A stretch of DNA of 39,466 nucleotides from Candidatus Woesebacteria bacterium. Lineage in GTDB: Bacteria > Patescibacteriota > Microgenomatia > UBA1400 > MFAQ01. A program made the position numbers and the translations under genes. This document shows positions 23,930-31,298 of the stretch, in pieces. Under the pieces are notes generated by a model. It had not been told where the DNA came from, searched no databases, and saw only the letters and a program-made list of their open reading frames with translations. Numbering within the stretch: the stretch's first letter is position 1; every line of letters begins with the position of its first letter. The stretch spans positions 1 to 39,466 of the forward strand of contig JAGVOE010000048.1 of the NCBI GenBank assembly GCA_020052895.1, written 5' to 3'.

Positions 23930-26353
23930 ATGCCTATGGAGAGTTATAATTTTCGAGAAGTAGAAAAGAAGTGGATAGAAAAGTTTGATAATCTTGATGG
24001 CTATAAGGGGAAAGACTTTGACACCCGAGAAAAGAAATATGTGTTGGTTGAGTTTCCTTATCCCTCGGGGGAAGGGCTGCATGTGGGGCATGCTTTTTCG
24101 ATGACGGGAGCCGATGTTTACGCTCGTTTTATGAGAATGATAGGCTTTAATGTCTTGTTTCCCATGGGCTGGGACGCCTTTGGCTTGCCGGCCGAAAACT
24201 ATGCCATCAAGACCGGTATTCAGCCGCAAGTAACAACAGATAGAATTACCAAGTTGTTTAAGGAGCAGATGAGGCGGATGGCTTTTTCCTTTGATTGGGA
24301 GCGCGAGATAAATACTACTTTGCCGGAGTACTACAAGTGGACTCAGTGGATTTTTACCAAACTTTTTGAGAAAGGCTTGGCCCACAAAGAAGAGATGCCG
24401 ATTAATTGGTGTCCTTCATGCAAGATTGGTCTGGCCAATGAAGAGGTGGTGGACGGAGACTGTGAGAGATGTGGGGCGATTACGGAAAAAAGAAATATTT
24501 CACAGTGGGTGGTGAAGATTACCGAGTACGCTGATCGCTTGATCGAAGGGCTAAAAGACACTGATTTTATCGAGAAGGTAAAAGCGGCTCAGGTGAACTG
24601 GATAGACCGGAAAGAGGGGATAAATATAAGGTTTAAAATTGTCTTGGATCCAGAAATCCCTCTCGGCTGCGCCGCCTCTCCCTTTGACAAGGAAGACTTT
24701 TTAGAGGTGTTTACGACTAGACCGGATACTTTGGAGGGAGTAGAGTTTTTGGTGGTGGCGCCGGGGCACAAACTAGCGCAAGAACTCAAGGAATCAAGAA
24801 CTCAAGAACTCAAGATTTTGAGTGACTATTTGGAAGAGTATGACAAGAGAGACTTAAAGGATAGAAGTGAGAGGCAAAAGACGGGAGTACTTTTGCCAAT
24901 TAAAGTGATTAATCCGTTAAATAATAGAGAAGTGCCGGTGTATGTAGCCGATTATGTTTCGATGGATTTTGGGACCGGGGCTATTATGGGAGTACCTTCG
25001 ACAGACGCTCGAGATGCTGACTTTGCTAAGGTGATGAGAATCAACTTTGAACCGACATTGGTGCCAAACGCGGGTCTGTGGGGTGAAGCAGTTAATAAGG
25101 GTTGGGGTAGGAAAAAAATTTCCTACCATCTAAGAGATTGGATTTTTTCACGACAACATTACTGGGGAGAACCAATACCAATGGTGTGGTGCGAAAAATG
25201 TGCTCTCCATGGCGGACAAGGTTGGGTACCGGTGCCAGAAGAGCAGCTACCAGTAGTATTACCAGATATAGAAAAATATCAGCCGACAGATACAGGGGAG
25301 TCGCCACTAGCCAACATTAAAGACTGGGTAGAGACGAAGTGTCCGAAATGCGGTGGAAAGGCCAGACGAGAAACGGATACGATGCCAAACTGGGCGGGGA
25401 GCGACTGGTACTTTTTGCGTTACTGTGATTCTAAAAACGACAAGAAACTGGCTGAGGTGGATAAAATGAAGTATTGGCTGCCAGTAGATGTTTATATAGG
25501 TGGAGACGAACACAACACCTTACATCTGCTTTATAGTCGATTTATTTATCAGTTCTTGTACGACTTAGGAGTAGTGCCGACGGAGGTTCCCGAGCCGTAT
25601 AAAAAACGTCTTTCTCATGGAGTAATCTTGGCACCGGATGGAAAACGGATGAGTAAGAGTAAGGGAAATGTGATTGCGCCAGAAGCAATGACAGATAAGT
25701 ATGGGACGGATGTGGTGCGAATGTACATGATGTTTATGGGGCCGTTTGATGCCACGATGGCTTGGAACGAGAGATCTCTTATTGGAGTAAGTCGTTTCTT
25801 AGAAAGGTTCTATAAATTGGTGACGGAAAATATTGGCAAGAACTCGAGAACTCGAGAACTCAAGAACTCAAGACAAGATGTAGAGGGGAAAAGATTAATA
25901 AATAAATTAATTAAGAGTGCGGGTGAGGACTTGGAAGTTTTTAAATTCAATACAGTTATTGCGAAACTGATGGAAACGACTAACGGCTTGAGTAAATTGA
26001 CCGGAACAATTGCTAATGATGATCTAAGACTCCTCATCAAAGTGATAGCGCCTTTCGCCCCATTTGTGTCTCAGGAGCTATGGGTCGCTTTGGGTGGGAG
26101 TGGCAGTGTCCACGCTGAACAGTTTCCTAGACTGGATGAAAAATATCTGTATGCCAGTGGGGTGACTTTGGCAGTGCAGGTAAATGGTAAATTGAGAGGC
26201 ACAGTAGTAATTGATGTGGAAGCCACAGAAGAAATGGCGATCACAGAGGCCAAAAAGATGGATAAAATCGCTAAGTACTTGAGCGATGGAGAAATAAAGA
26301 AAGTGATTTTTATCAGGGGTAAGGTTTTGAATTTTGTGGTGAATAGGGAGTAA
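23930..26353 (+). CDS. leuS: leucyl-tRNA synthetase (start 23930 or, more likely, 23936)
   Basis: YPSGEGLHVGHAF (HIGH), KMSKSKGN and TTRPDT plus the CP1 region. It carries two in-frame octamer-repeat insertions. Confidence 0.9.
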   Translation: MPMESYNFREVEKKWIEKFDNLDGYKGKDFDTREKKYVLVEFPYPSGEGLHVGHAFSMTGADVYARFMRMIGFNVLFPMGWDAFGLPAENYAIKTGIQPQVTTDRITKLFKEQMRRMAFSFDWEREINTTLPEYYKWTQWIFTKLFEKGLAHKEEMPINWCPSCKIGLANEEVVDGDCERCGAITEKRNISQWVVKITEYADRLIEGLKDTDFIEKVKAAQVNWIDRKEGINIRFKIVLDPEIPLGCAASPFDKEDFLEVFTTRPDTLEGVEFLVVAPGHKLAQELKESRTQELKILSDYLEEYDKRDLKDRSERQKTGVLLPIKVINPLNNREVPVYVADYVSMDFGTGAIMGVPSTDARDADFAKVMRINFEPTLVPNAGLWGEAVNKGWGRKKISYHLRDWIFSRQHYWGEPIPMVWCEKCALHGGQGWVPVPEEQLPVVLPDIEKYQPTDTGESPLANIKDWVETKCPKCGGKARRETDTMPNWAGSDWYFLRYCDSKNDKKLAEVDKMKYWLPVDVYIGGDEHNTLHLLYSRFIYQFLYDLGVVPTEVPEPYKKRLSHGVILAPDGKRMSKSKGNVIAPEAMTDKYGTDVVRMYMMFMGPFDATMAWNERSLIGVSRFLERFYKLVTENIGKNSRTRELKNSRQDVEGKRLINKLIKSAGEDLEVFKFNTVIAKLMETTNGLSKLTGTIANDDLRLLIKVIAPFAPFVSQELWVALGGSGSVHAEQFPRLDEKYLYASGVTLAVQVNGKLRGTVVIDVEATEEMAITEAKKMDKIAKYLSDGEIKKVIFIRGKVLNFVVNRE
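24780..24816 (+). repeat. tandem octamer array AAGAACTC/AAGGAATC inside leuS (empty-site form)
   Basis: AAGAACTC AAGGAATC AAGAACTC AAGAACTC AAGAT, translated as QELKESRTQELKI. Confidence 0.9.
25838..25874 (+). repeat. tandem octamer array inside leuS
   Basis: AAGAACTC GAGAACTC GAGAACTC AAGAACTC AAGAC, translated as KNSRTRELKNSRQ. Confidence 0.9.
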
Positions 26354-26371
26354 TTCTGGTATTATTCTTAT

Positions 26372-27109
26372 ATGTCAAAAATAAATAAAGATTTTACTAA
26401 GTTCTATACGCCGGTAATGGTGGTACTACTAATAGTAGCCGCCTTTTATCTCGGGAGATTGTCTTCACAAGTAGATGGACTAAAGGGTAACACTGGAGAA
26501 GCTCCGGCAGTGGCCCCCTCAGCGGCGGCCCCAGCGGCTGGTGAAAGAGACTTGAGTGTTGCCAGTTTGAAAGAGAGAGCTAAGAGCCTGGGGTTGGACA
26601 GCGGTCAGTTTGATCAGTGTCTAGACGGTGGGACTATGGCCCAGAGAGTGAGTGACGAACAAAAGGAAGGTGCAGCACTAGGGGTAAGCGGAACACCCTC
26701 TTTTTTGATAAATGGAGTTATGATAGTGGGGGCCCAACCACAGTCTAGTTTTGAGAGTGTTATTGAAGCTGAGCTGAAAGACGGAACGGGGGACAAGGCG
26801 GCAGCGGCTTTGGGAGAGAGTGGAAAACGAGAAAAGCTAAAACTGGCCGACAGCTACGTGACTGGTGAAAAAAATGCCAAAATTAAAATAGTTGAGTTTA
26901 CCGACTTTGAGTGCCCTTTCTGTGAGAGAGCTTTCCCCACTGTGAACGCAATTATGGAGAAATACCAAGGAAAGATTAGTTTGGAGTATAAGAGTTTCCC
27001 TTTATCCTTTCACGCCAGCGCCCAAAAAGCGGCTGAAGCGGCTCTATGTGCCGGAGAACAAGGTAAATTTTGGGAGATGCATGACAATCTGTTTGCTCCA
27101 GCCAACTAA
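26372..27109 (+). CDS. membrane-anchored DsbA-like thiol:disulfide oxidoreductase with apparently permuted domain order
   Basis: An N-terminal TM helix. The CPFC motif sits in IVEFTDFECPFCERAF near the C-terminus, while the GVSGTPSFLINGVMIVG (cis-Pro loop) segment that normally follows it lies upstream. Confidence 0.65.
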   Translation: MSKINKDFTKFYTPVMVVLLIVAAFYLGRLSSQVDGLKGNTGEAPAVAPSAAAPAAGERDLSVASLKERAKSLGLDSGQFDQCLDGGTMAQRVSDEQKEGAALGVSGTPSFLINGVMIVGAQPQSSFESVIEAELKDGTGDKAAAALGESGKREKLKLADSYVTGEKNAKIKIVEFTDFECPFCERAFPTVNAIMEKYQGKISLEYKSFPLSFHASAQKAAEAALCAGEQGKFWEMHDNLFAPAN

Positions 27110-27183
27110 GTTGGCCTAGACCTAGTAATTTTGAGATTAGATAGGCCACTGGTCTGATGGTGGCGGTGAGGGTAATTATAGGG

Positions 27184-27189
27184 TAAAAT
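27184..27189 (+). promoter_or_regulatory. candidate -10 hexamer TAAAAT
   Basis: The ATG of the 7TM gene begins 8 nt after the hexamer. No Shine-Dalgarno sequence is present. Confidence 0.3.
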
Positions 27190-27196
27190 ATGGGTC

Positions 27197-28063
27197 ATGG
27201 AAAAAATCGTTTTGATTATGTATCTCTTTCTCTCTCTTGGTGTCAGACCTATCTTGGCAGTGGTCAAGGTCGAGCCAGCTAGTTTGGCTACGGTGTCTGG
27301 TGTGGTAGCAGAAGTCAAAACAGAGAAAGAGGCCGACTTAACGGCTCCTAAGGAAGAACAAAATAGACTGATTAACTTGATGAAGTCTCAGAAAGTAAGC
27401 GGTTGGTGGGTGACCAATTCCTTGAAGCTAGGCATCCGAAAAGCGGTGGCCGACGGAGTCTCACCGAACACTTTGGTTTTGTTGTTCTTGTTTCCTTTGG
27501 TAGCGGCTTTGGTAGCTTTTTCGCGTCAGGTGATAGGGGTAAATGGCTTTGGAATGATTGTGCCAGCTTTGCTGTCGGTGGCTTTTTTATCCACCGGTGG
27601 GCTGGTGGGACTAGTACTACTAGCTTTTATTCTGCTGGCCGCCACCTTGGGAAGGGTAGCCATAAAGAGGATAAAGGTACCTTACTTGCCCAAATTGGCA
27701 ATCCTGCTTTGGCTAGTCTCTATGTCGGTCCTGGGACTACTATTAATGTCTCCCATGATTGGCTTGGAGAGACTGTCGACGGTGGGAATTTTTCCGATCA
27801 TGCTTTTTGTCCTACTGGCCGAGACCTTTATCGAGGCCCAGATTACGAGAAATTTGACGACGGCGATGGGCATGACCCTGGAAACAGTGGTCCTGGCTTT
27901 TATTGCCTACAAAGTGATTAGCAATCCTTGGATCCAAGCAGTGGTACTTCTCCATCCAGAGGTGGCTGTGATTTTGATCTTGAGTATTGATCTGCTGATT
28001 GGGAAGTACAAGGGTCTGCGTTTGTCTGAAATTTGGAGATTTAGAAAATTAGTATCAAGATAA
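27197..28063 (+). CDS. multi-pass (about 7 TM) membrane protein of the type associated with ATP-grasp ligases
   Basis: A signal/anchor, then a run of hydrophobic helices starting at RQVIGVNGFGMIVPALL and ending in IGKYKGLRLSEIWRFRK. I recall this pattern from the 7TM module fused to inactive transglutaminases. Confidence 0.6.
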   Translation: MEKIVLIMYLFLSLGVRPILAVVKVEPASLATVSGVVAEVKTEKEADLTAPKEEQNRLINLMKSQKVSGWWVTNSLKLGIRKAVADGVSPNTLVLLFLFPLVAALVAFSRQVIGVNGFGMIVPALLSVAFLSTGGLVGLVLLAFILLAATLGRVAIKRIKVPYLPKLAILLWLVSMSVLGLLLMSPMIGLERLSTVGIFPIMLFVLLAETFIEAQITRNLTTAMGMTLETVVLAFIAYKVISNPWIQAVVLLHPEVAVILILSIDLLIGKYKGLRLSEIWRFRKLVSR

Positions 28064-29368
28064 ATGCCTAGACTGTCTGACATATTAGGTCTTAACGCCA
28101 GATCGTCTGACTATCTGAGTCTCAATAGAAAAAGAGCTAGAAAAAGAGCTGACGATAAACTGTTGACCAAAAAAATGCTTAAAAAGGCCAAGGTGCCTCA
28201 CCCCAAACTTTTGGGCGTACTGACGGAGGTGGCTCAGGTCAGAGCCTTTAACTGGAGCAAGCTAAAAGATGGCTTTGCCATAAAACCGGTACGAGGATTT
28301 GGAGGTCAAGGAATACTTTTAATAAAGAAACAGACAAAGGAAAAAGACCTTTTTTTGACCGTGGATGGAAAAACAATCGGGGTGGAGGATCTGGTGCTAC
28401 ACAGTCTGGACATTATTGAGGGAAAATTTTCCCACAACAATCTACCCGACAAAGCGATGGTCGAGGAAAGAATCAAGATCCACCCTAAGTTTAAAAAAAT
28501 GGCTGTGGGTGGGGCTCCTGACGTAAGAGTGATAGTTTTTAACAGAGTGCCGGTGATGGCGATGCTTCGACTGCCGACTGAAGAAAGTAATGGGAAAGCC
28601 AACTTACATCAGGGAGCCATCGGTCTGGGAATTGATATGGCGACAGGGATAACGACACACGGAGTGTATAAAAACGGATCGGTAAAATACTTCCCGGACA
28701 CCAATATTAAGGTGAACGGTATAACAGTGCCGTCTTGGAATAAAATTCTCAAAATGTCGGTGGAGACTGAAATTGTCTCGAAGCTAAACTACTTGTCTGT
28801 AGACATGCTAATTGACGAAGACCAAGGGCCGGTAGTACTGGAGCTGAACGATCAGCCCGGTCTTTCGATACAGCTCGCCAACATGGCTGGCCTAAGAAGA
28901 CGACTGGAGAGAGTGGAGGGGCTAGAGGTAGAGGAGCCGGAAAAGGGGGTAAAAATTAGTAAAGCCCTTTTTGCCAGTAAGTTTGCCAATAGAGTCCGAT
29001 TTACCGGAGAAGAAAGACCAGCGATTGGTATATTTGAAAAGGTCAGTGTTAAAAACGGCAAAAAGAAAATGGTAGAGGTGCGAGCTAAGATAGATACAGG
29101 AGCAAAAGGAACCTCTATAGATCAGGCTTTGGCTCTGGAACTAGGTCTTTTGACCCCAGAAAATGTTTTATGGACAAAAAAAGTCAAAAATTCTCTGGGA
29201 TTTGAAGAAAGAACTTTAGTGGCTTTGACCATTAAACTAAAAGGGAAAGTGATTAAGACCCGAGCTAGTTTGACAGAGAGAAAGCACTTGCGGAGACAGC
29301 TATTAATTGGGAGAAGGGATCTGAAAGAGTTTGTGGTAGATCCTGGATTAGTTAAAATAAGAAGATAA
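28064..29368 (+). CDS. ATP-grasp ligase (alpha-L-glutamate-ligase-related type) fused to a C-terminal retropepsin-like (RimB / putative zinc protease family) domain
   Basis: The N-terminus LGLNARSSDYLSLNRKRARKRADDKLLTKKML is typical of this ATP-grasp subfamily. The C-terminus has VEVRAKIDTGAKGTSID with a D-T-G-A motif. Confidence 0.65.
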   Translation: MPRLSDILGLNARSSDYLSLNRKRARKRADDKLLTKKMLKKAKVPHPKLLGVLTEVAQVRAFNWSKLKDGFAIKPVRGFGGQGILLIKKQTKEKDLFLTVDGKTIGVEDLVLHSLDIIEGKFSHNNLPDKAMVEERIKIHPKFKKMAVGGAPDVRVIVFNRVPVMAMLRLPTEESNGKANLHQGAIGLGIDMATGITTHGVYKNGSVKYFPDTNIKVNGITVPSWNKILKMSVETEIVSKLNYLSVDMLIDEDQGPVVLELNDQPGLSIQLANMAGLRRRLERVEGLEVEEPEKGVKISKALFASKFANRVRFTGEERPAIGIFEKVSVKNGKKKMVEVRAKIDTGAKGTSIDQALALELGLLTPENVLWTKKVKNSLGFEERTLVALTIKLKGKVIKTRASLTERKHLRRQLLIGRRDLKEFVVDPGLVKIRR

Positions 29369-30312
29369 TGAAAATAGCCTACTTACACCGACTAACCTTT
29401 GATGAGAGTGAAGCCAGATTCGTTGAGGAAGCCAGGAAGATCGAGATTGATTTGGTGCCAATTAAGTATCGAAAGCTAAAAATGATAGAGGGAAAGATAC
29501 AGTTTGGAGAGTGGGACTTGAAAGATTTTGATGGCTGGTACTTACGCTCGGTGGGCTCAGAGCTGGAGTGGAGCAAACTGCTGCAGTTTTATGCCAAGAA
29601 ACATGAGGTTCCCTTGGTAGATGAGTATCTGAAAACGGAAGGACCTTTGCGGAGATTCAAGTCGATAATGGGGTGGCAACTGGAGGAGGCGGGGGTATCT
29701 TATCCCAAGACGGCTTACGTTGAGAATCTTAAAGATCTAGAGAAAGAGCTAAAGACCTGGAAATTACCGGCGGTGGTGAAGCTGTCGGCTGGGGGTAGAC
29801 ATGGTATGGGTACTTTTTGGATAAGAGAGCTGGCTGACCTGGAAAAACTGAAACATATCCTGGAAGCCAGACGAGAGAAGGCCTTGGAAATGAACCAAAA
29901 AAGACCAATTTTTAGAGGATTTTTGCTTCAGGAGTACATAAAAAATGATGGGGATTACCGTGTGATGACGGTGGGGTATAAGTGTATTGGAGGATTTAAG
30001 AGGCAAGTAAAAGAAGAAAAACTGATACTCAACAAAAGCCAGGGTAACTCGGTAGCGGTGAAAGATTTGCCGGCCGAGGTAATCGAGATAGCCGAAAGAG
30101 CAGCTCGGGTTCTGGAGGTGGAGGTAGCGGGAACAGACATTATTCGAAATTTGGAAACAGGGAAGTTCTACGTTGTCGAAGTAAATGAAGCACCACAGTT
30201 TAAGGTGTTTGAGAGAAGAACCAAGATTAACGCGGCCAGAAAGATATTGGAATTTTGTAGGACAAAATTCCAAAAGAACTCAAGAACTCAAAAACTCAAA
30301 AACTCAAGATGA
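29368..30312 (+). CDS. RimK-like ATP-grasp ligase (paralogue 2)
   Basis: PAVVKLSAGGRHGMG, LLQEYIKNDGDYRVMTVG and AGTDIIRNLETGKFYVVEVNEAPQF. The C-terminal 13 aa are encoded by an octamer array. Confidence 0.7.
   Translation: MKIAYLHRLTFDESEARFVEEARKIEIDLVPIKYRKLKMIEGKIQFGEWDLKDFDGWYLRSVGSELEWSKLLQFYAKKHEVPLVDEYLKTEGPLRRFKSIMGWQLEEAGVSYPKTAYVENLKDLEKELKTWKLPAVVKLSAGGRHGMGTFWIRELADLEKLKHILEARREKALEMNQKRPIFRGFLLQEYIKNDGDYRVMTVGYKCIGGFKRQVKEEKLILNKSQGNSVAVKDLPAEVIEIAERAARVLEVEVAGTDIIRNLETGKFYVVEVNEAPQFKVFERRTKINAARKILEFCRTKFQKNSRTQKLKNSR
30274..30310 (+). repeat. tandem octamer array forming the 3' end of a CDS and the following start codon
   Basis: AAGAACTC AAGAACTC AAAAACTC AAAAACTC AAGAT. 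The terminal AAGATGA provides the ATG of the next gene and the TGA of this one. Confidence 0.9.
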
Positions 30313-31298
30313 TGAAAGTACTGATACTAACACGATTTAGGGGGGAGTATGAGCCCAGGCGACTGGCTGAGGAGGCGGTAGAACTAGGGTATAAGGTAGA
30401 CAAAGTTAACTATGAACATGTTCGTTTGGGGGTTAGTCGATTGGGGAAGCCAATTGTTGATCTAGGGACCGGCCGGAAACTGGAAGAGTATGACTTAATC
30501 GTACCAAGGGCGGCGACCAAGAGGGGTGGTCCTAGCATGCTGGGGGTGAAGTCGGTGATTTTGGAGTATATTGAAAATAAAAGAACTCAAGAACTCAAGG
30601 CCATGCCTGCCGGCAGGCAGGAATCAAGAACTCGAGACAGTAACAGTGAAAGAAAAAGTGTAAAGGTGATAAACGGAGAGAGCTTTAAGCACTTTCCTCT
30701 GATGGGTAAACTGGAGCAAGGAGTGCTCCTGGCGCAGGCCGGTCTGCCGGTGATTCCTTTTACTTCGTTTAATGGGGTGAGGGGGTGGAAGAGATACTTG
30801 GAAATATTAAATAAACGGAAAAAAGAGTTTGTGCCGGTGATGGTAAAGGCGAGGTTTGGGTCTCATGGTAAAAATGTCAAGCTGGCCGAGTCCTTAACAA
30901 AGCTAAACAAGCTAGCGATAAAGTATAGCGAAGGCGACGTGCTGATTCAGCCAGTGCTAAAAGTGCGGAGATGGTACCGAGTGCTGATTTTGAACGGAAA
31001 GGTGTTGGGGACGATGAAACACCGACAAAAAGACAGATTCCAGGTGCTGGCTCACCAGGAAGAGCTAGCCAAGATCAAACCTAGGTTCTCTAAAGATCAA
31101 ATGAAGGAACTAGAAAAATTGAGTCTAGAGGCGGTGAGAGTTTTGAAAGCAGACTTTGCCGGACTGGATGTAGCTTGGGATGAAGAGAGTGGACAGTGGC
31201 GAATCTTGGAAGTAAATCGAACGGCTCAGTTTAAGTGGTTTGAAAAGGCTTTTCCGGAGGTGAACGTGGCGGAAAGAATAGTGAGGGTCGATGGCTAG
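30309..31298 (+). CDS. RimK-like ATP-grasp ligase (paralogue 3)
   Basis: PVMVKARFGSHGKNV, VLIQPVLKVRRWYRVLILNG and AGLDVAWDEESGQWRILEVNRTAQF. It carries an in-frame composite repeat. Confidence 0.7.
   Translation: MMKVLILTRFRGEYEPRRLAEEAVELGYKVDKVNYEHVRLGVSRLGKPIVDLGTGRKLEEYDLIVPRAATKRGGPSMLGVKSVILEYIENKRTQELKAMPAGRQESRTRDSNSERKSVKVINGESFKHFPLMGKLEQGVLLAQAGLPVIPFTSFNGVRGWKRYLEILNKRKKEFVPVMVKARFGSHGKNVKLAESLTKLNKLAIKYSEGDVLIQPVLKVRRWYRVLILNGKVLGTMKHRQKDRFQVLAHQEELAKIKPRFSKDQMKELEKLSLEAVRVLKADFAGLDVAWDEESGQWRILEVNRTAQFKWFEKAFPEVNVAERIVRVDG
30581..30638 (+). repeat. composite element: octamer array with a nested 21-nt insertion (16-nt palindrome core; filled-site form)
   Basis: AAGAACTC AAGAACTC AAGG [CCATGCCTGCCGGCAGGCAGG] AATC AAGAACTC GAGAC, translated as RTQELKAMPAGRQESRTRD. 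Confidence 0.9.

Noticed and set aside
27403-27921. 172-aa alternative-frame ORF within the 7TM gene
   Set aside because: It lies on the same strand as the membrane protein but in a different frame. The membrane protein's hydrophobic periodicity and conserved C-terminal motif support the 27197 frame.
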